A stretch of 64,000 bases of DNA from an uncultured Gammaproteobacteria bacterium (GTDB lineage: Bacteria > Pseudomonadota > Gammaproteobacteria > CAZYIF01), in contig CAZYIF010000005.1 in assembly GCA_964646995.1 (NCBI GenBank), positions 68,759 to 132,758 of the forward strand. Reading direction: 5' to 3'. Position 1 is the stretch's first letter. Each line of letters opens with the position of its first letter. Below are positions 50,458 to 61,434 of the stretch, one piece after another. A program made the position numbers and the translations under genes. A model generated the notes under the pieces. The model saw nothing but the letters and a program-made list of their open reading frames with translations, made no database searches and was not told the origin of the DNA.

Positions 50458-52766
50458 CAGCCCTGCTTGCTACGTTTTTTTTTCGGCACAGACTTACGCT
50501 GAGCTTTGGACGTGGATTTCTTTGTACTAGTTGGGCGCGGCTTAGTCTCTACTAATTCAAAATCGATTTGCTTCTCATCTAAATCAACCCGCACCACCCG
50601 CACCTGTGTCGCATCACCCAAGCGGTAACTCATCCCTGTACGTTCACCGCGTAAACGCCGCTTAATCGGATCAAAATGGTAATAGTCATTCTTTAATGCA
50701 CTGATATGCACTAAACCCTCGACATAAAATTCCGTTAATTCAACAAACAAACCAAAATTAGTAACCGTATTGATCACGCCAGGAAATACCGAACCGACAT
50801 GCTCTAACATAAATTCACATTTGAGCCAGGCAATAGCGTCACGCGTCGCTTCATCCGCACGACGTTCTCGCAGTGAGCAATGCTCACCTATTCCCTGAAT
50901 CAGCTCTTTGCGGTGGTCGTGTTCATCACTGGCAAGCGTTACTGCCTCCTGCTCACGGGGCAACACCACCGTCGCGCTTGCATCCTGAGCGATACATTCT
51001 CGAATCGCTCGGTGCACGAGTAAATCGGGATAACGACGAATGGGTGACGTAAAATGCGTATACGCCGGATACGCCAAACCAAAGTGCCCCTTGTTCACAG
51101 GGCTATACACCGCCTGACTCAAAGAACGCAGTAACACCGTCTGAATTAAACCCTTATCCACGCGTTGCTCGATGCTGCTGAGCAATGTAGCATAGTCATG
51201 AGGTGCAGGAGTACTACCTCCCATGAGCTGTAAACCAAGCTCAGCAAGAAAAGCACGAACCTCCACTAATTTAGCCGCCGTCGGCCCTTCATGCACACGG
51301 TATAAAATAGGAATTTTAGCCTTTTGCAATAACTTTGCGGTAGCCACATTGGCAAGCAACATACATTCTTCAATTAAGCGATGCGCATCATTACGCACAA
51401 TCGGCACAATACGCTCTATTTTACGATCAGCGCCAAAAATAATCCGCGTCTCTGGCCTATCAAAATCAATGGCTCCGCGCTCGTCGCGCGACTGACGCAA
51501 CACGCGATACAAAGCAGACAATTCCATGACATGTGGCAACAGCGTAGCAAACCGTTTACACAAGTTAGCATCGCTGCCATCTAACAAGCTTGCCACTTCG
51601 TTATAGGTCAGACGTGCCTGTGAATGCATGACTGCAGGATAAAAACGATAGCGCGTCAGCTTGCCCGTTGCTGTAACCGACATCTCACAGACCATACATA
51701 AACGATCGACGTCCGGTTGCAAAGAACACAGTGTGTTAGACAATAATTCTGGTAACATCGGCAATACACGACCGGGGAAATAGACCGAATTACCGCGCCG
51801 CAATGCCTCTTTATCTAACGCACTACTGGGTTGCACGTAGTGACTGACATCGGCAATGGCCACCCAGAGTACCCAACCATCACCTCGTTTATTACGGCGA
51901 CAGTAAACAGCGTCATCAAAATCATTGGCTGTTTCACCATCGATAGTGACAAAAGGCAAACTACGCAGATCTTCACGACCCTCGGTAAACGCAGCAATAT
52001 CCGTGTTTAGGTTGGATAACTCGGTCAGTACTTCCGCTGGCCATTCGTATGGCAAATCATAGGCACGGATGGCGATGTCTATTTCCATGTGAGGAGCCAT
52101 GTGCTCACCCAACACTTCAACCACTTGCGCGATGGCAGGCTTGTCTCGACTGGGGTAGTCTACAATCTCCACTACCACAATCTGGCCGTCCTCGGCACTT
52201 GATTCGCCGTCGGCCTTAACAAAAACATCTTGACTGATCCGTGTATTGTGCGGTTCAACGAACGCCACACCGTCTTTTTTATGGAAACGCCCCACTATCT
52301 TTTGCGTACGTCGCTCCAAAATTTCGACTAAATCTGCTTCCGCTCGGCCACGCTCGTCAACATGCGTTACACGCACTAACACGCAATCACCATCAAAGAC
52401 AATACGCATATTGCGTGGACTTAAAAATAAATTGTCGCCGCCCTCATCGGGGATGACAAAACCAAAACCGTCTTTATGTCCAACCACTCGACCACGCACC
52501 AATTGAATACGTCGTGGTAAACAATAATAGCCTTTACGGTTACGCATCAGTTGCCCGGCACTGGTCATCGCACGCAAGCGACGGCGCAAACCTTCTTGCT
52601 CAGGCTCATTATCCAAGGACAAATTTTTAAGTAATTGCTCGTAAGTCAGCGGTCGTTTGCATTCTTCTAGATGTTGTAAGATGAATTCACGACTTGGAAC
52701 GGGATGCTCGTATTTGCTTGCCTCACGGTCAGCAAAGGGATCACAGATGCCTTTTACCTTAGCCAT
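50457..52766 (-). CDS. rnr: Ribonuclease R
   Basis: 769 aa. It has cold-shock-like, RNB and S1 domains and a basic C-terminal tail (KKSTSKAQRKSVPKKKRSKQG). Confidence 0.95.
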   Translation of the reverse strand: MAKVKGICDPFADREASKYEHPVPSREFILQHLEECKRPLTYEQLLKNLSLDNEPEQEGLRRRLRAMTSAGQLMRNRKGYYCLPRRIQLVRGRVVGHKDGFGFVIPDEGGDNLFLSPRNMRIVFDGDCVLVRVTHVDERGRAEADLVEILERRTQKIVGRFHKKDGVAFVEPHNTRISQDVFVKADGESSAEDGQIVVVEIVDYPSRDKPAIAQVVEVLGEHMAPHMEIDIAIRAYDLPYEWPAEVLTELSNLNTDIAAFTEGREDLRSLPFVTIDGETANDFDDAVYCRRNKRGDGWVLWVAIADVSHYVQPSSALDKEALRRGNSVYFPGRVLPMLPELLSNTLCSLQPDVDRLCMVCEMSVTATGKLTRYRFYPAVMHSQARLTYNEVASLLDGSDANLCKRFATLLPHVMELSALYRVLRQSRDERGAIDFDRPETRIIFGADRKIERIVPIVRNDAHRLIEECMLLANVATAKLLQKAKIPILYRVHEGPTAAKLVEVRAFLAELGLQLMGGSTPAPHDYATLLSSIEQRVDKGLIQTVLLRSLSQAVYSPVNKGHFGLAYPAYTHFTSPIRRYPDLLVHRAIRECIAQDASATVVLPREQEAVTLASDEHDHRKELIQGIGEHCSLRERRADEATRDAIAWLKCEFMLEHVGSVFPGVINTVTNFGLFVELTEFYVEGLVHISALKNDYYHFDPIKRRLRGERTGMSYRLGDATQVRVVRVDLDEKQIDFELVETKPRPTSTKKSTSKAQRKSVPKKKRSKQG

Positions 52767-52795
52767 AGGCTAAAGAACTCCTTCATAGTTGCGGT

Positions 52796-52884
52796 TGGTG
52801 CCGGAAAGAGGACTCGAACCTCCACAGGGTTGCCCCCACAAGTACCTGAAACTTGCGTGTCTACCAATTCCACCATCCCGGCGC
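52796..52884 (-). tRNA. tRNA-Leu (anticodon CAG)
   Basis: Reverse complement GCGCCGGGATGGTGGAATTGGTAGACACGCAAGTTTCAGGTACTTGTGGGGGCAACCCTGTGGAGGTTCGAGTCCTCTTTCCGGCACCA. It has a long variable arm and anticodon loop uuCAGgu. Confidence 0.8.
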
Positions 52885-53124
52885 CTATTTCTGGCTGTAG
52901 TGTAGGATTACTATGCAAACACATGCACCTCAAACTGCATCTTCAGCCACTCGGGGTGCATAATATACTAAAAAATCATCATATTGCAATGCCGATGCGC
53001 TCGGTTTGGATGCAGACACTCTGCCTTACTTGGCATGAAACAAGACTTAGCGCATGCCCTACACGCAGAAAAAGTCGTGTATCTCACTTCAGACGGTGTT
53101 GCATTCGCAGCATGCTGATCGCTT

Positions 53125-53170
53125 TGGAGAAGAGGTCATCCACTTGCGGGTGAGATTTCTTTCTTTAACC
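53125..53170. repeat. F3 right-end fragment (catccacttgcgggtgagatttctttctttaacc)
   Basis: It is similar to the F3 right hairpin plus tail. It has no partner left hairpin. Confidence 0.45.
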
Positions 53171-53433
53171 AGCCAGTCTTTCAGCCTTTCACCCTGAGAA
53201 GACACGCACTGCGGCGTCGCTAACGGCGAATGAATTAAATACGCTTGACCTTTGATGCAGAGTGCAGCACATCCCAAGTGTAACGAGATATATCCTACAC
53301 ACATTAATTGAGCGAATTTACTTGCATAGTGGAGGTGTTCCATATAGAGGGATCTCGTACAGGCGATACATGCCTATTAACACCACCATGCATAGCTCCT
53401 GAAATCCCTCACTTCGGGATGATAGCAATAATA

Positions 53434-53755
53434 ATTTTGCTTGAAAACGCGGTGTTTTCTTTACGCGATGGAAATTCTCCCTTGAGCATACAATTAAGCC
53501 CAGTTTTACTACGCTAGGCGTAAAATTAAGAGTAACTATACGGCTCGCACTTCGAAGTGCGAATTTTCATGGGACGATCGCGCGGCATACCCTGTTTTGA
53601 TGACCGGCACAAAGTACATTTGTGCTCGGTCACCAAAGGGGAGAATCGCGTATCGATCCTTTGGAAACCCCATCGCGTAAAGTGCACTTCAAAATGTAGA
53701 AAGCACATTTTGAAGTGTATTGGGCATATTCAGCATGTTTTGAGTAGTTAAATAC
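53434..53755. mobile_element. Nested MITEs: a degenerate F2 copy (53434-53536 and 53728-53755) whose terminal hairpin is split by a full F1 copy (53537-53727, reverse) at the TA of gtaactaTAttcagc
   Basis: The flanks ...agagtaactaTA|tacggctcg... and ...tgggcaTA|ttcagcatgttttgagtagtta reconstruct the F2 hairpin, and the TA is duplicated. The F1 hairpin loop is inverted relative to copies 2 and 3. Confidence 0.75.
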
Positions 53756-53888
53756 CAAGTCCCATTATCTTGCTTACTCTGCATTCAATCACGCCTTAAC
53801 TACAACAATCCGTGCAGGATGCAATTGGTTTAATCTGCTTTTTGCGTTAAGCTAGACGTCCCACTGATGATTACGGAAATTTGTCACT

Positions 53889-54686
53889 ATGCCGCACTAC
53901 CAACCAAATGCTAACTTACTTGCTGAACGTGTCATTTTAGTGACTGGTGCTAGTGAAGGCATAGGTCGAGCCGTTGCTACTTGCTTCGCACAGTACGGAG
54001 CTACTGTTGTATTACTCGCCCGCCACATTGGCAAACTAGAAGCCGTGTATGATGAAATCGTTAATCAAGGCTGGCCACAACCCGCAATTTATCCGTGTAA
54101 TCTTGCAACAGCTAACCCTCAAGATTATGTTGAACTCACGTTGCGTATCAAAAAAGAATTTGGTCGTTTAGACGGTTTACTGCATAACGCCGCCACGCTG
54201 GGAAGTCTAACGCCCATTGAACACTACGACATACGGCAGTGGTATACCGTACTGCAAACAACCCTCAATGCACCTTTCATGTTAACCCGCGCCACTTTGC
54301 CCTTGTTGAAAGAAGCAAAAGATGCCTCGATCATTTTTACCGAAGACAGTGTAGGACATCACGGCCAGGCTTATTGGGGAGCATACAGCGTAGCCAAGTT
54401 CGGTATCACTGGCTTGCGCCAAGTTATTGCGGATGAATTGGAAAACTATGTCAATATCCGCGTCAATAGCATCAATCCAGGAAAATTATATACGCGTTTA
54501 CGTGCTAGCGCGTATCCGGCAGAGAACCCCAGTACACTGGCAAGCATCGACAGTGTGTTGCCGGCCTACTTGTATCTCATGGGCATAGACAGTCGGCAAG
54601 TTAAGGGACAGTGCTTAAATGTGCAAAGCGAAACACGCCAAAAAGGTCAACTTTTTGACCTTTTATCGACAACAACCGACGTCTAA
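53889..54686 (+). CDS. Short-chain dehydrogenase/reductase (YciK-like)
   Basis: The Rossmann motif LVTGASEGIGRAVA is present, and the catalytic region is YWGAYSVAKFG (a YxxxK motif). Confidence 0.8.
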   Translation: MPHYQPNANLLAERVILVTGASEGIGRAVATCFAQYGATVVLLARHIGKLEAVYDEIVNQGWPQPAIYPCNLATANPQDYVELTLRIKKEFGRLDGLLHNAATLGSLTPIEHYDIRQWYTVLQTTLNAPFMLTRATLPLLKEAKDASIIFTEDSVGHHGQAYWGAYSVAKFGITGLRQVIADELENYVNIRVNSINPGKLYTRLRASAYPAENPSTLASIDSVLPAYLYLMGIDSRQVKGQCLNVQSETRQKGQLFDLLSTTTDV

Positions 54687-54805
54687 CCCCATAACGTCAA
54701 GCTAGTGAACACGTATTGCGGAAAATACGTCATTCCTGCATTGAAATGACAATTGGCATAAAACTCGCATGTCTTATAAGTAGTCATTGCAAAAGGACAT
54801 CGCGC

Positions 54806-55720
54806 ATGAGCATACCCCAATCAGAAGTGACCCACACGCAGCTCAGTAGTAGCAAAGGTGTCATTACACATGCTGAAGCCATCAAGCATTACTGGCAACA
54901 CGAAAGAAACTTGCGGATTAGCTATCATCTGCAAACACACCTGGATATTACGCAAATTGTGCATGCCTTTGCCGAAATACTGATAACAGAAATTTACTAT
55001 GACAGTCTTGCTTACCACCATCCTGATATTAAACAGCATCTTATTATCGGCAAAGAAAAGGCACATGCGCTCAGCTATAAACTAACGTTTGAAGACACAC
55101 TATTAGGCACGATAAATCTCACACGAAACACACGCTTTACCGGCAGTGAGGTCGCTGAACTGGAAGAAATTCTATGTACCCTCATTTATCCATTGCATAA
55201 TGGCTTGCAATACTACCATGCTTTACAAAGTTCGACATACGATGTGTTGACCGGCGCCATCAATCGTAACAGCTTGCAAGATTCGCTACGTCATGAATGG
55301 GAACTTGCCCACCGCCACAATAGCCCGCTTGCACTGTTGGTCATTGATATCGATCACTTTAAACTGATTAACGATACCTACGGACATATTTGTGGCGATT
55401 TAATTCTAAAATGCATCGCCGAAAAAATTCATGAATGTGCACGCGAAAGCGATCTGGTCTATCGCTACGGTGGCGATGAATTCACGGTAATCTTACGGGA
55501 AACCAACGAAGAAGGCGCTCTCATTTTGGCAGAACGGATAAGACAGCTGGTAGAACACAGCATCTATGCTTATAAAGATGAAATTCTACGTTTAACCATC
55601 AGTATTGGGGTTTCTTGCAACCAACACTGCCACAATGTAAACGAAATAGACTTATTGGAAAATGCAGACAACGCGCTCTATCGCGCAAAGAATCAAGGAC
55701 GCAATCTGGTAGAAATATAA
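54806..55720 (+). CDS. Diguanylate cyclase (GGDEF domain) with an N-terminal sensory (GAF-like) region
   Basis: The active site RYGGDEF is present, along with an upstream A-site/I-site context. I chose the start at ATG 54806 after an AAGGA RBS. Confidence 0.8.
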   Translation: MSIPQSEVTHTQLSSSKGVITHAEAIKHYWQHERNLRISYHLQTHLDITQIVHAFAEILITEIYYDSLAYHHPDIKQHLIIGKEKAHALSYKLTFEDTLLGTINLTRNTRFTGSEVAELEEILCTLIYPLHNGLQYYHALQSSTYDVLTGAINRNSLQDSLRHEWELAHRHNSPLALLVIDIDHFKLINDTYGHICGDLILKCIAEKIHECARESDLVYRYGGDEFTVILRETNEEGALILAERIRQLVEHSIYAYKDEILRLTISIGVSCNQHCHNVNEIDLLENADNALYRAKNQGRNLVEI

Positions 55721-55807
55721 ATATATTTTGTCATCGAATACATAATGCAATACAACTAAACGTAACTACCCTGTTATACGCTCTTTGATTAACTTAATTT
55801 TTTTAGC

Positions 55808-55993
55808 CTAGTCATCCGCGGCATCGGTTTTTTCTTGTTGAATACGTTCATAAATCTCTTGTCTATGCACAGACAAATCTTTCGGCGCACTGATGCCTAA
55901 ACGCACTTGGTTACCTTTTATACCCAAGACTGTCACAGTCACATCATCGCCGATAATGAGCTTCTCTCCTACCCTACGTGTCAATATTAGCAT
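55808..55993 (-). CDS. csrA: Carbon storage regulator CsrA
   Basis: [51 protein letters not shown] is collinear with CsrA. A GGGAG RBS precedes the ATG at 55993. The track's upstream extension is rejected. Confidence 0.9.
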   Translation of the reverse strand: MLILTRRVGEKLIIGDDVTVTVLGIKGNQVRLGISAPKDLSVHRQEIYERIQQEKTDAADD

Positions 55994-56087
55994 GTCTAAA
56001 CTCCCTATACCTGCGACTCTGTTCTCAATAAACAGAGAGGCAGACATTATCCTCTATGGAGCATTCACACGCTTGTCGATAGACTCA

Positions 56088-57356
56088 CTACACGAAGCTT
56101 GATTCCTGCTTAAGCTTAATAGGATCAGTTTCTTCTTGTGCCTCTTTGTCCAAGCCGAATGCTGTATGCAAGGCGCGAACGCCTAGCTCTAAATACTTTT
56201 CGGCTATAACCACAGAAACTTTAATTTCTGAGGTGGAAATCATCTGAATATTGATCCCCTCCTCACCCAACACATGAAACATTTTAGTCGCCACACCGGC
56301 GTGTGCACGCATACCTACCCCGACCAAAGACACTTTGACGATTTTGGGATCTCCAATGACTTCTTTGGCATGCAGTTGGGAAGCGGTTTTTTCTAAAATT
56401 TCTAATGCAATACTGTAATCGTCACGATGTACCGTAAACGTCAGATCAGCCGTATCATTCTCAGCGATGTTTTGAATAATCATATCGATGCCTATCCCCG
56501 CATCGCTGATCGGGCCTAAGATGTTGGACGCAATACCAGGTTGATCGGGTATGCCTACCGCAGTAAGTTTGGCCTCACTACGATTAAATGCGATCCCGGC
56601 GACTAAGGCTTCTTCCATTTTTTTATCCTCATAGCTAATCAACGTACCAATCCCATCAACAAAACTAGATAACACACGCAATTTAACCTGATATTTACCC
56701 GCAAATTCCACCGCGCGGGGTTGTAGTACCTTGGCGCCTAAGCTCGCCAACTCCATCATTTCTTCAAATGTGATTTCATGCAATAAGCGCGCTTGAGGCA
56801 CAACGCGAGGATCGGCCGTATAGACACCCTCCACATCGGTGTAGATCTGGCATTCATCTGCCTGCAACACAGCCGCGAGCGCCACCGCAGTGGTATCAGA
56901 GCCACCGCGGCCCAAGGTGGTGATATCACCCATTGCATTCACGCCCTGGAACCCAGCCACAACAGGAACGATGCCCGCAGCTAAATCGGCACGCAAGCGT
57001 TTGTCTTCTATGGAAACGATGTGAGCCTTCTTAGCGACAGCGTCTGTGTTAATGCCCGCTTGCCATCCCGTATAGGAACGAGCGGCCAAGCCACGTGCCT
57101 GCAACGCCATAGCCAGTAGCGCTACCGTCACTTGTTCACCGGTAGCAACCAACATCGAATATTCGCGTGGATCAGGTCGTTCATGCAAACGTCTAGCCAT
57201 TTCGATCAATGTATCTGTTTGACCACCCATGGCAGACAATACCACAACGACATCATTACCCTGCGCGCGCGTTGCGGCAACCTTATCAGCAACACATTGG
57301 ATGCGTTCCAGTGAACCCACTGAAGTGCCCCCAAATTTTTGAACTAGCAATGCCAT
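56088..57356 (-). CDS. lysC: Aspartate kinase (monofunctional, with C-terminal ACT domains)
   Basis: MALLVQKFGGTSVGSLERIQ is an aspartokinase N-terminus. 422 aa. Confidence 0.9.
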   Translation of the reverse strand: MALLVQKFGGTSVGSLERIQCVADKVAATRAQGNDVVVVLSAMGGQTDTLIEMARRLHERPDPREYSMLVATGEQVTVALLAMALQARGLAARSYTGWQAGINTDAVAKKAHIVSIEDKRLRADLAAGIVPVVAGFQGVNAMGDITTLGRGGSDTTAVALAAVLQADECQIYTDVEGVYTADPRVVPQARLLHEITFEEMMELASLGAKVLQPRAVEFAGKYQVKLRVLSSFVDGIGTLISYEDKKMEEALVAGIAFNRSEAKLTAVGIPDQPGIASNILGPISDAGIGIDMIIQNIAENDTADLTFTVHRDDYSIALEILEKTASQLHAKEVIGDPKIVKVSLVGVGMRAHAGVATKMFHVLGEEGINIQMISTSEIKVSVVIAEKYLELGVRALHTAFGLDKEAQEETDPIKLKQESSFV

Positions 57357-57375
57357 GGTTATCCTTCTTTGCCAT

Positions 57376-57520
57376 TAAACAACTCGGCCGCAAGCGACCG
57401 ATATTGTTTTTCTCATCGACCCTACGTGAAAATGAATTCGCGCGACGGCGACCAACGGAGAACTCACATAAGCTCCCCTGTAAACTCTCACTTTGACTCA
57501 CCCGCAAGCGATGAGATTTC
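57376..57520 (+). mobile_element. MITE family F3, copy 3 (about 145 bp), occupying most of the lysC 5' intergenic region
   Basis: aactcggccgcaagcgaccgat ... ttcgcgcgacggcgaccaacggag ... ctcacccgcaagcgatgagatttctttg. It is followed by an F2-TIR-like caactattcaacaa. Confidence 0.7.
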
Positions 57521-57603
57521 TTTGCAACTATTCAACAATATGCAGAATAATCAATAACTGCAGCCGCGCTTCCCTCTGTCACTCAGCGCATTTACAACCC
57601 TTC

Positions 57604-60228
57604 TTACAACTCAGTCTGCTTTTGTGGTTTCACTAAGCGTTCCATTACCCAGCGATTTGCCGCTTGCAACGCTGAATCTAATGCCTGCGGCTGCGTACCA
57701 CCGCCCTGCGCCATCTCAGCACGGCCGCCACCTTTACCACCGACTTGCTTTGCGACGTACGCAACTAACTCACCTGCCGGTATCTGTTGACACAGATCGG
57801 ACGTCACACTAGCAAGCAATGTCACTTTACCTTCAGCCACACTCGCCAATAAAATGACGCTAGAGCCCAACGCTTGCTGTAATGCAGTCGCCATATCGCG
57901 CAGCGTTTTAGCGTCGACATCTTCTACCGATTCGATCAAGCATGCTACACCATGCGCCGATTTAGCACGCGCCGTCCAGCGTGTTAGATCTGCCAATACT
58001 AACTGCGTTCGTGCTTGCTCCAGCGTACGTTCTAAGCTGCGCTGCTTATCCAATAGCTGTTGTATACGTGTAGCCAGTTGTTCGGGCTCTGTTTTCATTA
58101 ACTGTGACAGCGCATATAAGGTATGCGCTTGATCTTGCCATGCCTGCAATGCCACACTCGCCGTAATCGCCTCTATGCGCCGTATGCCTGCGGCAATGGC
58201 TGCCTCACTCACAATTTTAAACAGGCCTATTTCACCGGTAGCTTGCACGTGGGTTCCACCACACAGTTCTTTAGAGAAACTACCCATGCTCAACACGCGC
58301 ACCGTATCCGCATATTTTTCGCCAAACAACGCCTGAGCACCACTTTCTAGCGCTTGAGCCACAGGCATTAGTTCGGTCAATACCTGCAAATTAGCACAGA
58401 TCTGTTGATTAACGCAGCGTTCGACAGCGTCTATCTCGGCTACGCTGAGTGCGCTACCATGAGAAAAATCAAAACGCAGTTTGTCCGCCTGCACCAGTGA
58501 ACCTTTTTGCTGTACATGTGCACCCAACACAGCACACAATGCCGCATGCAATAGGTGTGTAGCAGAATGATTGCATGCCGTCGCCTGGCGTAATGCGTTG
58601 TCAACCTGAGCCTCTACGTTATCGCCCACACGCAATTCACCCTCTACCAACTCACCGTAGTGCAAATACACATCTCCTTGCTTCTGCGTATTTCGCACCG
58701 TAAAACGCAAACGTGGTCCAATAAGTTGCCCCACATCACCCACTTGCCCACCAGACTCTGCGTAAAAAGGTGTTTTATCCAATACCACGACACCTTGCTG
58801 CGTACCGGATAAATGCGTTATCGTCTGCCCATCCTGCAACACGGCTAAAACGGTACTTGCAGTCTTGAGTTGCGTGTAACCGGTAAATAAACTACTTAAA
58901 CCGGTAGGCAAACTATAATGTGCTGTTGCAGAAAAACGACTGGCTTGCTGCGATTGTTGACGCTGTTTATCCATCGCTGTAGTAAACCCCGCGAGATCAA
59001 TGTGCAACTGACGTTCGCGCGCAATATCCGCGGTCAAATCCACAGGAAAACCATAGGTATCATACAATTTAAATACAGTATCGCCAGGAATAGTGGCACC
59101 CGCTGCAAGTCCAGCGACATCTTGCTCGAACAAACGCAAACCTTGACTTAAGGTACGTGCAAACTGTTCTTCTTCTTGCTGTAAAATATGCTGAACGGAT
59201 GCTTGTGCTTTGCGTAATTCGGGATACGCTTCTCCCATCTCAGCCACCAAAGCAGGTACGAGCTGATGAAAAAAACCAGTTGTTCCACCTAATTTATGTC
59301 CATGCCTACAGGCACGACGAATAATGCGACGCAACACATAGCCGCGCCCTTCATTACTTGGCAATACACCGTCAGCAATTAAAAAAGCCGTTGACCGTAT
59401 GTGATCCGCTATCACGCGCAGTGAGGGCTGATCCAATTGCTGACAACCCACTACCTGTGCCGTAGCCGCCAATAAACGCTGAAACAAATCAATATGATAA
59501 TTGTCATGAACCCCTTGTAATACAGTCGCGAGACGCTCCAATCCCATGCCCGTATCCACCGCCGGCTTAGGCAAGCGTTGCAAGGTCCCATCGGCGCTGC
59601 GTTCATATTGCATGAACACTAAATTCCAAATCTCCATATAGCGATCGCCATCAGCATCGGCTGAACCCGGCGGTCCACCCGCAACACTAGCTCCGTGATC
59701 ATAAAAAATCTCGGAACAAGGGCCACAGGGACCGGTCTCCCCCATCGCCCAGAAATTATCTTTGTCGCCACAACGCACCAAGCGTTGCGGCACTATGCCG
59801 ATTTCATGCAACCAAATAGCAGCTGCTTCATCGTCATCTTGATGTACCGTGACCCAAAATTTCTCAGGGGATAAATGCAAACGTTGTGTGAGAAATTCCC
59901 AGGCGAAACGTATCGCTTCACGCTTAAAGTAGTCGCCAAAGCTAAAATTACCTAGCATTTCAAAAAAAGTATGGTGTCTTGCGGTATAACCTACGTTATC
60001 CAAATCATTGTGCTTACCACCTGCACGCACGCAACGTTGCACAGTCACAGCACGCAGATAGTCGGCTTGATGCTGGCCTAAAAAATTTTCCTTGAATTGC
60101 ACCATCCCCGCATTCGTAAACAATAAACTCGGATCATTAACAGGAATCAACGAGCTAGATGACACAACGCGATGACCCTGTTCTTCAAAATACGCTAAAA
60201 AGAGTTGACGCAACTTAGCACACTGCAT
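57604..60228 (-). CDS. alaS: Alanyl-tRNA synthetase
   Basis: 874 aa. The N-terminus (FLAYFEEQGHRVVSSSSLIPVNDPSLLFTNAGMVQFKENFLG) is collinear with AlaS, and the editing and C-Ala domains are present. Confidence 0.95.
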   Translation of the reverse strand: MQCAKLRQLFLAYFEEQGHRVVSSSSLIPVNDPSLLFTNAGMVQFKENFLGQHQADYLRAVTVQRCVRAGGKHNDLDNVGYTARHHTFFEMLGNFSFGDYFKREAIRFAWEFLTQRLHLSPEKFWVTVHQDDDEAAAIWLHEIGIVPQRLVRCGDKDNFWAMGETGPCGPCSEIFYDHGASVAGGPPGSADADGDRYMEIWNLVFMQYERSADGTLQRLPKPAVDTGMGLERLATVLQGVHDNYHIDLFQRLLAATAQVVGCQQLDQPSLRVIADHIRSTAFLIADGVLPSNEGRGYVLRRIIRRACRHGHKLGGTTGFFHQLVPALVAEMGEAYPELRKAQASVQHILQQEEEQFARTLSQGLRLFEQDVAGLAAGATIPGDTVFKLYDTYGFPVDLTADIARERQLHIDLAGFTTAMDKQRQQSQQASRFSATAHYSLPTGLSSLFTGYTQLKTASTVLAVLQDGQTITHLSGTQQGVVVLDKTPFYAESGGQVGDVGQLIGPRLRFTVRNTQKQGDVYLHYGELVEGELRVGDNVEAQVDNALRQATACNHSATHLLHAALCAVLGAHVQQKGSLVQADKLRFDFSHGSALSVAEIDAVERCVNQQICANLQVLTELMPVAQALESGAQALFGEKYADTVRVLSMGSFSKELCGGTHVQATGEIGLFKIVSEAAIAAGIRRIEAITASVALQAWQDQAHTLYALSQLMKTEPEQLATRIQQLLDKQRSLERTLEQARTQLVLADLTRWTARAKSAHGVACLIESVEDVDAKTLRDMATALQQALGSSVILLASVAEGKVTLLASVTSDLCQQIPAGELVAYVAKQVGGKGGGRAEMAQGGGTQPQALDSALQAANRWVMERLVKPQKQTEL

Positions 60229-60381
60229 AACTTCACACCCTCGACCTAGTGCACAAAAGCGTGAGCATAACAGATATAGCCAATAAAGCTAAATAGGCCC
60301 ACAAAAAACCAATCACCTCCCCGAAAACTAGGGAGAAAAGCGGTAATATACCTCTAGCAGGAAAAACACAAATTTTCCGAA

Positions 60382-61434
60382 CTATTCTTCGGTTAACGCA
60401 TCTAACTCGGCAGCCAGTGCATTACGTTCAGCAGCAGTCGCAGGTTTTGCTAACAAGATCGCACGCAATTTCGCTTCTAGCTCTTGTGCAATCGCTGGAT
60501 TCTCTTGCAGATACCCCCGTACATTATCCTTGCCTTGTCCTATGCGCTCACCATTATAGCTGTACCATGCACCTGACTTTTCTACCAAGCCTGCAGTACA
60601 ACCCAAGGCCAAAATCTCCGCTTCACGCGAGCAACCTTCGCCGTAAAGAATTTCAAAATCAGCTTGTTTGAACGGTGGCGCCACTTTGTTTTTGACGACT
60701 TTAACTCGCGTCTCATTGCCAATGACTTCATCACCTTTTTTGATAGCACCCGTACGGCGAATATCCAAACGCACTGACGCGTAGAACTTCAATGCATTAC
60801 CGCCTGTCGTAGTTTCTGGATTACCGAACATCACACCAATTTTCATGCGGATCTGATTGATGAAAATCACCAAAGTATTCGAACGTTTAATATTGGCCGT
60901 TAGCTTGCGTAGTGCTTGCGACATTAACCTTGCTTGCAAGCCAACATGGGTATCGCCCATTTCACCTTCTATCTCTGCCTTAGGTGTCAATGCAGCAACT
61001 GAGTCAATGACGATCAAATCAACCGCACCAGAACGCACCAAGATATCGGTGATCTCCAGTGCTTGTTCTCCGGTATCCGGTTGAGACACTAATAACTTTT
61101 CCGTGTTCACGCCCAAACGCTCCGCATAAGCCGGATCCAATGCATGTTCAGCATCGATAAATGCTGCCGTGCCATTTTGTTTTTGACATTGAGCAATCGT
61201 TTGTAAGGTTAATGTTGTTTTACCCGAAGACTCTGGGCCATAAATTTCGACGACGCGACCTCTGGGCAATCCGCCCACGCCTAGCGCGATATCCAAGCCT
61301 AATGAACCGGTGGAATAAACCTGTAGGTCACTGATGACCTGGCCGTCCCCCATGAACATGAGAGAACCTTTACCGAACTGCTTTTCAATTTGGCTCTGTG
61401 CTGCGTGTAGGGCTTTCTGTTTATTCGCGTCCAT
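60382..61434 (-). CDS. recA: Recombinase RecA
   Basis: [26 protein letters not shown] is the N-terminus. Walker A is [10 protein letters not shown] chose the start at 61434 after a GGAGA RBS. No recX follows it. Confidence 0.95.
   Translation of the reverse strand: MDANKQKALHAAQSQIEKQFGKGSLMFMGDGQVISDLQVYSTGSLGLDIALGVGGLPRGRVVEIYGPESSGKTTLTLQTIAQCQKQNGTAAFIDAEHALDPAYAERLGVNTEKLLVSQPDTGEQALEITDILVRSGAVDLIVIDSVAALTPKAEIEGEMGDTHVGLQARLMSQALRKLTANIKRSNTLVIFINQIRMKIGVMFGNPETTTGGNALKFYASVRLDIRRTGAIKKGDEVIGNETRVKVVKNKVAPPFKQADFEILYGEGCSREAEILALGCTAGLVEKSGAWYSYNGERIGQGKDNVRGYLQENPAIAQELEAKLRAILLAKPATAAERNALAAELDALTEE

Noticed and set aside
53089-53343. 84-aa minus-strand ORF in the tRNA-Leu / SDR intergenic region
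   Set aside because: Its C-terminal third is translated from an F3 MITE fragment. It has no convincing RBS and it sits in a region otherwise composed of repeat debris, so it is most likely spurious.
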